Assembly (NCBI GenBank): GCA_951406725.2
Contig: OX597836.1
Span: 5,518,001 to 5,582,000 of the forward strand
Origin: Octopus vulgaris
Taxonomy: Eukaryota
Length of the DNA stretch: 64,000 nucleotides
Reading direction: 5' to 3'
The position numbers and the translations under genes were made by a program. How positions within the stretch are numbered: position 1 is the first letter of the stretch; each line of letters begins with the position of its first letter. Below are positions 1 to 15,042 of this stretch, piece after piece. A model generated the notes under the pieces. It was not told where the DNA came from, did no database searches, and worked only from the letters and a program-made list of their open reading frames with translations.

Positions 1-489
1 GATTATAAATGCCTGTTGCCGTTCATACAAGAAGTTGAAATGGGATTCCTCTAAGGGAGCTCTGCGAGAAAGTCCTACAGGTAGTTCTAGGTTCTAAATG
101 TGACAATAAAACACAATATAAAATTTTCGGCAAATAGATGTTTATAATTAGAACTAACCAAGAGTTGAGCGAAAATATGACCATCACCAGCAACATCCGG
201 ATTGCCGTTATTAATTACAAAATATAGCGGAAGCCAGTACATTTTTTGCACGATATCCTGGAAACAGTAGCCTAATTACCCTCAGCACACACCTTTCCAT
301 CTGAGTAAAGAAATACGGACGTAGCGATACTTTACTTCTTCTAGTACAATGCAACGAGGAATGGAAAATAATTTTTTAAGGGCTGGAGTGTTTTTGATTA
401 GAATTTTGTTGGAATCAGTCTATAAAAAAGTTTAAAGGAAATAATAAGACATACTTATGCGCGTGCACGGCACACACACACGCACACAC

Positions 490-526
<37 letters not shown>

Positions 527-1132
527 CACACGGACACATGGACACACGGACACACACACTTAAACATATTGACAGGTATACGCTTATATTCGCTAATTAG
601 CTGACGCATGAATTAATATGATTATGCATATTAACAATAAAAAAATGGATATCTTCACACCTTTATAAAAGACTCGTTGACGTCGTCGTCGCTGTCGTCA
701 TCGGGTAAGGCGGCCACGACGACGACGACGACGACGACGTTAACGAGGAGGAGGACGGAAACGAAGTGGAGGGCAAACGTGGCGACGGTGGTGGAAGCGA
801 CAGCGGCAACAACGATGACAACGATGACGATGTAGAGGAAGGGAAATGGGGGGTGGCGGAAAATGCGGAGGAGGAGGGCGACGAGAAGGAGGAAGAGGAT
901 GAGGCGGCGGAGGAGGAGGTGTGAAAGAGGAGGAGGGGATGAAATAGGAGGAGGAAATGAGGAGGAGGAGGAGGAGCAGCAGGAGCAGGAAATGGGGAAG
1001 AGGAAGGGAATGATGATGAGGGGAGGTGAAGGGAAGCAGAGGTGAGGATGAGCAGACCGGTATGAGGAGGAAGATGGAGAAGAGTGGAGGAGGAGGACAT
1101 GGAGGAGGTGGGGAAGGTGATGGCGGTGATGC

Positions 1133-1795
1133 CGTCATATTCTTTGATGAGTCCGGATTTGCTGTATTTTCCGACAGTAGTCGTGTGTTGTCTGGAGATT
1201 CTGTCACCCAGAATTTGACGTGAAAATATTGCAACCAACAATGAAACAAGACAGCTATTCTATGATGGTCTGTGAAGCAATTTGGAGCAATGGCGGATCA
1301 GAGCTAGTGGAGTGTGAGAGAAACAAAAACTCAGATAAATATGAGTCCATATTGCAGAAATGATTAAAGAAGGCTCTTTATTTATGGAAGATGGAACTCC
1401 TTGTCATCTTGCTAAAATGACTAAAGTTTTGTTGGACGAGAATGGTAGTAAAAAGTTTCCATGGCCAAGTCAGTCACCAGATATAAAACCTATTGAAAAC
1501 CTCTGGCACATAAGGGACAGAACACTTCATAAAAAGAACGAGAGAGCATCTTCAAAGCCAGATCTGTTGAGACTACTGCATGAAACTTGGCAGAAACTTT
1601 GCAAGAGAATATTCGTCATCTGATCAGTAGAATGGTTTTTAGGGTCCTTGCAATGAAAAATGCAAAGGGCATGTCTACTAAATATTAAATATTCATATTA
1701 TAATAATTGATTAATGCTTTGAATGTATAATTTCATATTTAAATAAATTTTAATATTTATAAGGGTGTGTATTTACTTCTGTCATGTATGTCTAT
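1133..1795 (+). mobile_element. Tc1 (DD34E) transposase remnant, 3' half, frameshifted
   Basis: Across frames: VIFFDES...LQPTMK...MMVCEAIW...NSDKYESIL...FMEDGTPCH...WPSQSPDIKPIENLW, the Tc1 catalytic motifs, broken by stops and frameshifts. Confidence 0.9.
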
Positions 1796-1935
1796 ATATA
1801 TATATATATATATATACATATATATAGATAAACATCTCCCGCCATATATGTGTCTGTGTGTGTGTGTGATTGTGTAACAAACACCTGTATCTCTCCTTCT
1901 CCCTCTATCTCTCACTCTCCATAAATATATTGATG

Positions 1936-1967
<32 letters not shown>

Positions 1968-2151
1968 AAGAAAGAGAGAGATTATATACTTGTTTAAATG
2001 CGTTAATGCTTTATGAGTACTTCGGTGTAATTAAATGTCCGCCAGTTGTCGGTCATTGACATAGGACTCTACTCATGCATATCTCTACCACAGACAGATT
2101 CAAACACGCACACACACGTATATATATGCACATGTGTACACATAATCCCCC

Positions 2152-2187
<36 letters not shown>

Positions 2188-2206
2188 CATGTATATATAT
2201 ATACAC

Positions 2207-2314
<108 letters not shown>

Positions 2315-2658
2315 ATGTATGTATGTATGTATGTATATATATGCGTGAAATCTATAATTTCCGCCCACTACTGCCCTTGCAATAAATTTAACGTAACACA
2401 ACAGAACAAAGCAAGGAACAATCAATACGCGCCAGCGAACTTCCTAATATCGATGCCATTTTCAATACCATTTGGCAACAGTGACGATGGAGGCGGCCAC
2501 ACCGTTTGTGCAGTAATTCATTCTCGCAAAAATACGAACATCGAACTGCATATATGCGCGTATTCACTCTTATACACAGACAACCTAATTGGCACGCTCA
2601 CATGTGCACATACCCATAGTCAGACATGAGTATATATATACATATTTATATTTATATA

Positions 2659-2998
2659 AGGCGCATGGCTCAGTGGTTAGAGCGTCGAGCTTACGATCGT
2701 GAGGTTGTGAGCTCGAATCCCGGACCGGGCTGCGTGTTGTGTTCTCGTGCAAGGCACTTTATTTCACGTTGCTCCAGTTCACTCAGCTGTAGAAATGAGT
2801 TGCGACGTCACTGGTGCCAAGCTGTATCGACCTTTGTCTTTCCCTTGGATAACACTGGTGGCGTGGAGAGGGGAGGCTGGTATGCATGGGCGACTGCTGG
2901 CCTTCCATAAAAACAACCTTGCCCAGACTTATGTCTAGGAGGGTAACTTTCTAGGTGCAATCCCATGGTCATTCATGACCGAAGGGGGTCTTTACCCC
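2659..2998 (+). mobile_element. tRNA-derived SINE (family 4 head)
   Basis: A box tggctcagtgg and B-box-like gctcgaatcc, then tgtgttctcgtgcaaggcacttt...cagctgtagaaatgagt, shared with the copy at 59782; flanked by (TA)n. Confidence 0.85.
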
Positions 2999-3058
2999 TT
3001 TTATATATATACACACATTGGTATTTACATCTGACTATGTATATGCAACATATATATA

Positions 3059-3096
<38 letters not shown>

Positions 3097-3528
3097 GGAG
3101 TAAACATATGTGTATATTTTAAATTTATGTGTAAATTTTATATTTATATTTATATGTCTGTATATGTATGGCGTTTGCACGCATCCTCCTGTGTATGTTG
3201 ATATATATATGTACACTTTTATATATGTACACTTTAATATAAATATGTATTGCAGTGTAATATTTATAAGAGGTTTTAATTTCTATGCATTAATTATACT
3301 TTCTTCATTAACGTCAATATGTATTTTATTCAATGTAAGGTTTTTTTCCTCGAATTTTATAATTTTTATAATTTTTCATATATATATACATATATGTTTG
3401 AGCTTTTTTTGTTTATCGCTCGAAGATTGACCGTTATTTCTAAAGGGCCAATCAAACAAGTCCATTTTTTTTAAAGGTGTAGCGTTTGTAAGAGTCTAGA
3501 TTAAATTGATATATCGGTTCCATTCTAG

Positions 3529-3578
3529 CAAAAACTGTCTGATGAACGGCAACGAGAAACTCAGAGTAACAGATTTTG
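3529..3578 (+). ncRNA. Minimal type I hammerhead ribozyme motif (Penelope pLTR type), stem II degraded
   Basis: caaaaactgt-CTGATGA-acggcaacga-GAAA-ctcaga-GTA-acagattttg. Stem I ctgt/acag (plus caaaa/ttttg), near-palindromic stem III actc-a-gagt, GUA cleavage triplet. Confidence 0.7.
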
Positions 3579-3837
3579 TTGAATTTTCTGCTGCTTTAAA
3601 TAAAGTATATATATATATATATATGTAGATATATCAACAAATGAGGGAAAGAGGAAATGGAATACACATGATTTCTATTTTTTATAAATCACTACGATAG
3701 TTTCGACTCAACTTGCATCACTCCCTCGCAGGTGACATTCTGAACAGCTGGATGTGATGCGTCAATGATAGTGTTGATGGCATAAAATATTTGCAAACAG
3801 TCAACGGGATTTAAACGGCATGCTAAAAGGTATATAT

Positions 3838-3914
<77 letters not shown>

Positions 3915-4118
3915 AAGAATAACAACCAAAGTGGATTCCTAATATGCTAGAATGAGACACCAAATTGTCTTACGACGAAGAATGTTTTCTCAAGAAATTT
4001 TAGCAAACACCAGAATGTAAAACGAGCAAGATAAAGGAGAAGATACATAAATTTGCAGATTCAAAAGTCTCCATAGGAAGGAAATATTTAATATTTATAA
4101 GAAACAGTTTATAAGAAT

Positions 4119-4417
4119 TCCTAGATCCTCTGATCTGCCCACCACTTGATTTGTATCTTTAGGGGCATTTGAAATGCTTGGCGTATCGCGGAACCTAAAA
4201 GACAAAATCATTTGCAGGAACACTTCACCAACTCCTTTGCACACGTATCACCAGATGTGTTATGAGTTCACAATGATTGGGGTAAACGTATTGCAACGTG
4301 TATTCAAAACAATGATAACCATATAGAGACTGATAAATAAAAAAAAAATACTGTTATAAACAGTTTCTTATAAAAATATAAATTGTTCGTATCTATGGCG
4401 ACATTCGAATCACCCTT

Positions 4418-4420
<3 letters not shown>
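4119..4420 (+). mobile_element. Tc1/mariner-superfamily (maT/rosa-like) transposase C-terminal remnant
   Basis: PRSSDL..PLDLYL*GHLK..Y...WGKRIATCIQNNDNHIE resembles the PRSPDLTPLDF.LWG.LK / R...CI...G.H.E motif; ends in (TA)n. Confidence 0.7.
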
Positions 4421-4475
<55 letters not shown>

Positions 4476-5775
4476 TGTGTGTGTGTGTGTGTATGTATAT
4501 ATACATATTTATATAAACTGAAAGAGAGAGAGGGATAGGGGAGAGAGATAGTGAAAGTAAGAAATGTCACACTCATAATTTTTTGTTCAAAAACAAACAA
4601 GGAAATGTTTTGCAAATCTTATCATGGACATAAAAAATATATTTACATTGTTATCAGAATATTCCAAAGATAAGACTTGAATGTTTATAGGATTTCATGT
4701 AGAGTATGACCGATCAATCGGACGTTTCGACAGTGAGTGGTGAGTCGGTCATTGGATGAGACGTTATGAAGTAGTGAAATGTTCAGGACAAACCCCAAAT
4801 TAAGACCCTACCGCCATAATTAATATCGGTGTGGTATCTGATTTCATTGGTCTTGTAAAGTGCTTTGCTTCTCTTTTGAGATTTTATTTTCTTAAAAATT
4901 AATTAGTATTGCTTCATATAAACATACTTACAATTTGGGCAAACTACAAAATAAATATTAACCACACGTTTTTAGCAATTACTTCTAACACAAACATTAC
5001 GTTTTTGTATCCTTCGCACCATTATAAATCCGGTTATGTAGTAAGACCGTCCCTTTAGTGACCTAAACACATACTTAAGATTGTTTAAAAATTAATCTTG
5101 GCCTTGTTTAAAAACAAATCCTGGCTTTGGTTAAAGGTTAATCCGAACATATGTTGAAGATTAAACTTAAGTCTTCCAGCAATGTGCACTCCAAGCTTTT
5201 AAGGACGCGTAATACGTTATTTTCGTTTGTTTGCAACATATTTGCCTTGAGATGGTTATATGGCTGCGATTTCATACATAAATCTTTTATCAGAATACGT
5301 AGTACTACTACGGATGATAACTTTGTAGAAACAGATATTTAGGAGAAAGACAAACATGTGAACGGACAGAGAGAGATATATATAGAGAGTAACAGAGGGG
5401 AAGAGTTGAAGAGGTGAAAACACTTAGATTTGAAAGCTCTATTTATAAATATGATTGATAAATGAGGATATAAGGTGGGCTGTATTCTGTCGATAATTAT
5501 TCGTTCAATTTCAGTATGGACTCGATTTTATTGTCTGTTTGATTGGTTAATAACTACCACCAGAGTAAACAAATATATGTAAGTATTGAGTATACACTAA
5601 TAAATAGAAAATTGACACGTGCATAGTTATACAAACACGCATAAATCTATAAAAGTAGACGTATATGTGTTCTTATGTATTCTGGGTCTAAGGTATTTGT
5701 AATACAAACGCATACATAACCTTGTATGTATGGGAGTATATATGTACACATATTCATATGTAAGTGTGCGTGTGC

Positions 5776-5814
<39 letters not shown>

Positions 5815-6082
5815 TGTGTGTGTATGTGTTTGAGTGTGTGTGTATGTGTTTGAGTGTGTGTGTATGTGTGTGTGGGAATATATATATATATATACATAAA
5901 TATATACATATAGTTAGGTATATCTTTATATGCATATATGCATGTATATTGAATATTTATATATGAACACATAGAGAAGCAGATATATTTATACGCGCAC
6001 ACACACATATATATATATATATTATACTTCGTATATATTACGTATTTGTATGTATGGGTGTATGAATATATGTTTGTATGTG

Positions 6083-6119
<37 letters not shown>

Positions 6120-6843
6120 TTGTGCGTGTGTGTGTGTTGTGTGTGTGTGTGTACTTATGGGAGTATATCTATATATATATATATATTACATACGTATGTA
6201 TATATATATTTCTATGTCTATTTGCGTGTGTATGTATATATGTATGTATGCATATATCTGTGTATATATGTGTGTAGAGGTCTACAGTGGTAATGCAAAT
6301 CATTCTAGTAGTTTCGGTGATAAAATCGAAATGAAACTTCAAACAGAAAAAGAAAAAAAACATAACATAAAAAAGTAAATAAAAAATGAAGAATAATCAA
6401 AGAAAATACATAAAGCATTACACAAACAACATGAAAAAACAACAACTCCATCAACACCCTAATCCACCTTGATTTAACCCTTGCACCCAAAACAACCTGG
6501 AACTCCAGACCTCATTGCCCAACTCCACATCTACAGAGTTCACGCACCCTCGCAAGCAAACAAACGCACCCGCACAACTTCCATCCTAAGACATTTCGAT
6601 CTGTCCCGTTCATTAAGGAAGCCAGAAACGATAAGCTTTTAATGAATTATTGCCGATCTATATTAATTGGTGAATCTCCATCATCAATGCTTTGCGTCTA
6701 AACAACGTTTATTGAACTTGGTACCAACCCAACTGGCAAGTGTTCCTCTGGTCTAAAAACTCTTTCACTCGCCCCATCTCACTCTTCTTTATGTACATAC
6801 ATACATGTATATGTATGCGTATGTATACACTTATGCGTGTATG

Positions 6844-6882
<39 letters not shown>

Positions 6883-6967
6883 ATACATATATATGTATTT
6901 ACATATGTATGTATATATATATATATATATGTCCATATATATGTATGTATGTAAATATGTACGTATG

Positions 6968-6998
<31 letters not shown>

Positions 6999-7283
6999 GT
7001 TATATATAGTTATATATATATATATATATATATACATTTATGCAATTATATATATACATATGGATGTGTGTGTGTACGAGAGCACACATACACACACATA
7101 CTCACACGCAGGCACACACACACGCGCAGAAACAAAGAGATACACATATACACATACACATATACATACGTTTCTCACGAGCCTCTCTCAAACCGTTTCT
7201 TCTCTGTCGTTCCCTGTCGGTCACCCTTCCACAACTTTTCTGTCTGTCTGTCTGTCTATCTCCATCTCACCTTCTCCACCACA

Positions 7284-7349
<66 letters not shown>

Positions 7350-8384
7350 TTCTCTCAGTTCTTCTAATTCCATAATGGCGTCATTTTAACATCTCTCGCC
7401 ATGTACAATGTGAATCGTTTATATCGATCTCTACAAAAACGGAGACGATGGCAACTACTGCCGTCTTGCTGTTGTTGTTGTTGTTGTTGTTGTTATTGGT
7501 AGTGGTGGAGGGAGTGCTGCTCTTGCTGGTCGTCCCATGTTAATTTTGTCGACGACGATGTCGTTCGATCTCGGGTAAAATTTGCTCAAACAAGAAGGCG
7601 ATACTGAAAGACGTTCCCCATGTGGCGAGTCCGACTATCTACTATATGGAATTCAATCTATACAGGAACACAGTATCGAAAAGAAAACTTTCGTCAAAAT
7701 GAGGAAACGAGAGTGTACGTGCAAACCTCAACTTACGCCCTTCAGAGTTACCTACTTCTCGACTTACGTCGTTTTAAAAAAGAAATTGATACAAAGTTTT
7801 TTCGACTTTTTGACTGGATTTGGTGTGTGCGTGTGTGTTTGTGAGAGAGAGTTTATTTCTGTGTTTTTCCCTAACTACTGGTTCTGTTCGCGTACCTTAC
7901 CGAGTCAGAAGCGTAAACCGATACAACAAGCACCATTCTATAATAAAATAAGGACTGGAGTCGATCCAATCGACTAAAAAATTCTTCAAGGCGGTGCCTC
8001 AGCATGGCCGTGGTCTAATGACGGCAACAAGTAAAACATACACGATAAAGGATTTCTACCTCGCCACACTTGGATAATCAATGAACGGAAATGAAGCCAA
8101 AGGTTCGGCGCATGCGTGGAGGTAAAGGAGATACTCCCGGATTTTACGTAGGGTTTTATCCCTTAACTATTTTTCAGTCCTTCAATAAATTACCCAGGTA
8201 GCTGGATTTGATTTATCTAGTGTACAAGGTTGGTGCAGATCTAGTTTCACCCATTCATTCTTCTAATTTGTATTGGTGCAACAAGAGATGCGATTCCAGT
8301 ATTCATCAGCATGAGGAATTTCCATGCAGTTACCTTCTCTTTAAAAAGAAGCTGAAGAGCTCAATAGTTGAAGGGCCACGTCGG

Positions 8385-9068
8385 CCTGTGGTGAGACGAC
8401 TCGGAACATTCACAATGTGAACTTTCCGAGTCCTCCCCACCAACCTCGTTCGCGAGCGCGCATTTTTTTCCCATATTCTTTTACTACATGTTGTTTTACA
8501 CCTATTACACTGGTTTATAATATTTTTTACTCGGGTCAAACATGAGTTTAAAGGTCATGGTCTGACGATGTGAATTTTCCGAGTCCTCTCCCCAATCTGT
8601 TTGCGAGCGCGCAATTTTTTCATATTCGTTTATTACATATTCTGTTGTGTCTGGGGAGAATCATTTTCTTTAGGTGCCTTATATTGTAACACGCTCACCG
8701 GTAAAATTTCCACTTATTTTTATTTTCCTAAACTTTTCGTTGCGTCTTGCAACCTTTTCAATAGTCAAGGCACAAAAAGAACATGACTCTCTCTCCCCAG
8801 ACACAACAGAATATGCTTCAACACACGAATTCACATAAAGAATCTTGCAAACCAAATCCCAAAACGAAATTATTACATGTTGTTTTACACCTGTACCTAT
8901 TACACTTTTGTTTTTGCTGTGGTGAGACGACTCAGAACACATTCACGATGTTAAGTTGTTTCCCCCACTGCCCGTTCGCGAGTGCGCGTTTTATTTCATT
9001 TTCGTTTACAGCAAGTTGTTTTACACTTATTACACTATTATTTCTTTTCTTTTGCTCGAGTCAAACCC
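8385..9068. repeat. Three-unit ~170-bp tandem repeat; second unit interrupted by a family-Y element (about 8636-8870)
   Basis: Recurring blocks ctgtggtgagacgactc, ttcgcgagcgcgc, gttgttttacacctattacac and ctcgggtcaaac; ttattacat on both sides of the insert. Confidence 0.75.
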
Positions 9069-9569
9069 TTTAGTTTGACCGGTATCTGTTAGTGACAATC
9101 ATCGGGCACTATTCCAGCTCACATCACCTGTTCTGCCCTCTTATCAATAATGCTAGGGTGTGATCAGAGGAATATTTAGCTACTCCATGTAACAAACAGA
9201 ACGTCGTTCCTTCCTAGGATTCTCTTTTCGTATATAGAAACCGATGCTCTAGTATGGCCGCAATCAAATAACTGAAATCATAAATGAATAAAATACACTT
9301 CTGATTCTTGTAGCTGTCTGTTTCAATCAAATTATTACTGATTTATCAAAGATTTATACATTTTTTTTCCATTTATCATATTTATATATTTCTGTCTACA
9401 AAATTTGTTTATAATATATTATTTTTTGTATTAACTGCAAATACACAAAACAAATATTTTGACATTAATAAAAAGAATAACACATTGAAAGCTCTCATCA
9501 TTTTATAAATTAATTACAGCAGCTTAATTACATTATCTTCAATTCATTTATATTTAAAGAGTAGATAGT

Positions 9570-9578
9570 GTAGTAGTA

Positions 9579-9618
<40 letters not shown>

Positions 9619-9631
9619 TAATAATAATAAT

Positions 9632-9678
<47 letters not shown>

Positions 9679-9716
9679 TAATAATGACAATAATAATAAT
9701 ATTAATAATAATAATG

Positions 9717-9795
<79 letters not shown>

Positions 9796-9810
9796 TAATA
9801 ATAATAATAT

Positions 9811-9858
<48 letters not shown>

Positions 9859-9890
9859 CAACAACAACAACAACAATAATGATGATGATG

Positions 9891-9960
<70 letters not shown>
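9570..9960. repeat. (TAA)n microsatellite
   Basis: Long aat/taa run seen directly; similar runs at 34415-34747, 37770-37892, 39630-39685. Confidence 0.97.
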
Positions 9961-9962
<2 letters not shown>

Positions 9963-11211
9963 CAAGAGCTTATGCAGCATCCTACTATTGATGATTAGTA
10001 GATTTATGTTGAATACGCGTTGCCCCATGTAGGACGAATATGGCTATCAGCCTAGATTATCGTGAGATTAGACTAGGCCTCACTATCCACTTTAGGTGAT
10101 AATATTCTGTCTGGTGGATATGGGAAAGAACATTCTTCGTTGACGTTACAAGAATTGAGGATATTTTACCTTTCGGGCAAACCCCTATAGTGATTTTTTA
10201 ATAAAGATTTCCTTGGAAAGGGGTGTGAAGGTGGGGAGTGAAGTGCTTATCTATAGTGAATTGGTGAAAAGGTGTCGAAAATGGTTCCGGTAAATAACCT
10301 TGTTTAATTAAGCATCTGGTGATTAAGAAACGAAAATTGAGGGTTGGCTTGTGGCTTTTCTGTGTCCGTACGGTTCTTTCATTGCCTTTGTTTGAAGTGT
10401 TGCCTGAATCAGGAGAACTGCAGCATCGATAGGTTTTGTGAGATGAAAATTTTAACCAAATACAAGAAGGTGCTGAAAAGTTCCTCGATTGGGGTAAAAG
10501 AAAATACAGGAGGGTCACTTAATTATGATATGATACCACATATTCCCCCCTCCGATTCACACACTTCTTGCAGCAACGTAAAAGAACTTTCAGAAGGGTG
10601 GGCCTCCAACCAGACCTCTTGCAATACTCTCAAAGCAAAGAATTTTTCAATACCCCTCGCACATACCGTTCTGAACTTTTACCAGCAAACTACTTTCTTT
10701 AAATATATAATATATATCCACAAGTATGTAAGTTTTAAAGAATTTCTGTTAATTCCATGATTCACACAAAAAAGTGAAAAATTGTAAGAAGCATTTTGCT
10801 AATCGAAAATAGCAATTAAGTCTAATGAGACCTGTTGTTTAATTCTATAGAGAAACTAAAGTGAAACTAAGCTGATAGCTTAGTTAATTTTCGTTTTTCA
10901 TGTGGTCTCAATATATAATGTTGCTATTGTCTGAAAATGTGCATACATACACATTCACACGTATATACATCCATATATGTGTGTGTGTGTGTATGTGTGT
11001 GAGGAGACAGAGAGAGAAAGAGAGGAAAGAGAGAGACAGACAGAAAGACAGAGGCACACACAGATAGTGACAAAGTGGGAGAGAGAGATACGGGCAGATA
11101 CATAAATATATAGATAGATACAAACGCAAATATATGTGTAAGTAATTATATTTGCGATGTGCCTGCTTAACAATATACACTCATGAGTCTACACATCCAT
11201 ATTACATATAA

Positions 11212-11262
<51 letters not shown>

Positions 11263-11278
11263 TATACGTATGTATATA

Positions 11279-11362
<84 letters not shown>

Positions 11363-11664
11363 TATATATATACATATATATATATACATATATACACATA
11401 TGTATATATATATACATATATATGTGTGTGTGTATATATGAATATATATATATACATTTACATATATATATTCCTGAATATTTATTTATGTAAGCATGTA
11501 TGTATGTATGCACACAGTGTAATTTTATCAACGTGTGTTTCTACATACCTACATGCATACAAACATTGATCTGTATCTCTTAGCATTCAAGCTTAAAAAC
11601 ACTGATGCTTATTTGTATATTTACATATACACCTACAAACACGCATACCTACGTATATGCGTGA

Positions 11665-11722
<58 letters not shown>

Positions 11723-12463
11723 GTATGTATGTATGAATGTAGGTGTGTAAGTACATATACATACATACATGTATATACACCGATATATTCCCGAAACAAC
11801 TCTTTATATGTCCGCTGCAATTATCTTACTTCGTTGTATAGACAAACGATAATGTTTGTCGGAGGTGTTAAGACAATTCTCACACCATTATGTCATTAAA
11901 ACTCCATAAGTGCCTCGAAACTGTCCAAATACAAGGCATTATAGGTGAGATGTAAATATAGAATAGAGAAGCGTGTTACTGTTCGATTCCATTAAAGACA
12001 TGTTGGCATATTTTATCAGTTACATCTTTGGTGTAGACTGCCGCATTCCATTATATATGCTGCAAGTGTGTATGCGAGTGTTTGTGTGTGGGTTTTATAC
12101 ATATGTAGTTGTATGTCTCTTTGCTTTGATATCTCGCTATATATTTACCTATCTCTGTTTCGCTTTCTTTCTCTCCCTCTCTCACTCTGTATATATGTAT
12201 ATCTCTATCTTTATATATATGTTAACGTTTGCTTTTATGTAAATGTACTTAGAATTTTAACTTTCAACCTGAGAATTATACAATGTGTTTTTGCAAACTT
12301 ATAATGTTTCTCAAAATTTTACGTGAAGGAGGGTGACAGTGCCTGCGTGTTTTCGGCATACAACCATTCGTGATTGATATATATGTATATGTGTGTGTGT
12401 GTATCTATCTATCCCTCTATCTATCCCTCTATCTATCCATATATCTCTCCATCTATCTATCTA

Positions 12464-12555
<92 letters not shown>

Positions 12556-12699
12556 GTTATGTGAAAGCACGTTGTTGGATGTATAAAAGACAAAAAAGAG
12601 TGAAAAACTACAGAAGTCTTGTGTTATATGTTTAAAGAATATATTTAAATCGTTATGTTAGAAAAATGTTATAAAATTTTGCGTATAGTAACATAGTTT

Positions 12700-13610
12700 T
12701 GGGGGAAATAACCGGTTTCGTATTTCTCTTTTCAAATTTCTCAAATTTCTTTACCTACTTCGTGTCATGTCTTCGCTATGTTGTGAAATATGGAGTTCCA
12801 GACAGGAGAAGGTAATCAGGGATTTTTCCGGTGTAAGGGAGATAATAAAAATGTTAGGAATGACTAGGTTTAGAAGGAACAGAATGTTAGAAGTGATTGG
12901 GTTTTGCTTGATAACTTCTTCAATGAGGTGAGTCTCCTTATTTAAAAATGTTAGAAATGGTTAAGTTTCCGCTTATATTTTTCAATGAAGAAGGTTTCCT
13001 TATTTATCTAACTTGTGTTGGTGTTCCAATGGCATATTGATAGAATGGAAAGATTACAAATCGTGGTAGCATTTGCTTTGCGCATTTCTCAATATGTTCA
13101 TTAAAGAGTATCATTTTGTATCCTGGGAATGCAATCTGCTGTCGATGCAGAGTGCATCTGCGTCTGAGCGATAATCATGTGAACCCTATGTAGTTTTGGT
13201 GGCGGCCTGGGCATCATATAACATAAATCAGATTTTCTGAAGCACAAGTAAAGTCAGATTTGATTTTGAATTTTTGTCCATCTTTTTAAAGGAATTCTCA
13301 TCCTTCTAGAAGGTTTGGGTATGATGTGCAAATTTGGTCGACCACATTTTTTCACTTTTGCCTCCGTTATTTTAGAAAATGATTTTGCCTTTGTGAGGAT
13401 CTTTTTTAGCGATTTCATTTGTTTGTAGCTTTTAATGATATCATGTTTGTGTAAAATTTCCTTTCATTTGGGGTCCTTATGTAGCATTGGTACATTTTGG
13501 GTGATGATGTTAAGGCTTTTTTACTTCTGGGGTTGAATGTGAATATGTATGGAAGTATTTTCGGGGAATGTGTGTTGCTGTGTTGGTCTTCTCTTAAGGT
13601 TTCTGTTTTT
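12700..13610 (-). mobile_element. Penelope-like retroelement 3' remnant (GIY-YIG endonuclease plus 3' end)
   Basis: Minus strand: KILPYIFTFNP...KCGRPN...KIKSDFTCASENLIYVI*CPG.HQNYIG.T..SLRRRCTLHRQQI...KETFFIEKY..KLN; degenerate hammerhead at 12705-12740. Confidence 0.88.
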
Positions 13611-14850
13611 TATAAATGGCAGAAAAAAAAGAAAACTTGAATATTCTTTTTTTCGTTTCACTAAAGGTTGCATTAAATATTTCACTGGGTTTTCGATTAT
13701 ATCAAGACTCGTTAAAGAGAGAAAAATATGAAATTCACCAAAGCTGTAGAACTACCTGCTCCATTTGTTTGGCCTTCTATAATTCTCATTATTTCCAGTT
13801 TGCCTTGTGTTAAATATTTTTCTGGCTCATCTCATCTTTCTAATTTTATTTCCTTCTCGTCTCATTTCTCGTATTCATACTTGCCACTTATTATTTACAG
13901 TTGCTTTGTATATTTATTTCAACGTATATAATTCATTCCATCTGACATCTATTAATTCCTCCCACAGACGTGTTTATTATTCTGTTTCTCCTGAAAAATA
14001 CGACACCATCACTCACTTGAATTATTTTAATCAATCTCTACCAAGATTTATTTGCGTTTCTCGTAAATTTTCCACCATTTTCTTTATTTCCTCTCTTCAA
14101 TATTTCTTTATTTTCTCTTTTCTTTTAATCAGCTCCAATTTCAAATTTATTTCCTCAATATTCTCTTTTATTCATTCTCTTCTTCCATTTTAATCTAACC
14201 AATGCTCACCTTTATTTATGCCTCTCCTGTTTCATTTCATAGCTTTGTTTTTATTCTCGTCATTTCTCTTCTCGTCTTATCACGTATTCTTTCTTCCATT
14301 ACGCCACTCACTTTACACACCCTATATATTTCATTTCCCTTTGCACTCCGTAGATTTTCACTATATATTTATTCTAATACTCTCACCTTCTCACCTTTTT
14401 CATCAATTCTAAACATTTCTCTCCGAATATTGTTGTTATTGTTGTTACGAAAAGTCAGGTGAACTCTAATATAGCGGACCCATGATGAACTAATCTGTTC
14501 CACTCTTCACCATTGCACCTTTTTGTTATATTTCGCAATGGTTCATGTGCAAGAGAGTTATTCAATGTAGCCTTTCATTTTTAAAATGGGTGTAATAACT
14601 ACTATTTCCACCTAATCCATTGACCACACTTAACAAGATTACAACAGTCGTTCGCTTTCTTAGAAACGTTGCCGGGAGTTCAATACTCCAGACAAACCCA
14701 CATGCAAGGAAATGACTTGTACCAGCGCATCAACAGATGTGCGGAAAGAAGGATTTTCGCAGTACATTTCACCTTGAGAAGACATAATGATATGCAACAC
14801 AGCATGGTTTTGAATTTGACATAGCAAAGATTGTAATATAATATAATATA

Positions 14851-14939
<89 letters not shown>

Positions 14940-14985
14940 AATATATATATATATATAGAGAGAGAGAGAGGGATGTGTATATGTA

Positions 14986-15042
<57 letters not shown>

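Noticed and set aside
750-1130. Purine-rich GGA tract with acidic or Ser/Pro-rich ORFs
   Set aside because: Mixed trinucleotide low-complexity sequence, like 18720-19065 and 30200-30410.
4716-4758. Minus-strand GAAACGTC with upstream caatga
   Set aside because: The CUGANGA strand is too degenerate to call.
10050-10760. Possible Penelope or LINE remnant (IDKHF.PH...)
   Set aside because: Only one short motif; not enough to support a call.
14660-14830. Possible exon after the ctttcttag acceptor
   Set aside because: No convincing donor and no recognisable peptide in any frame.
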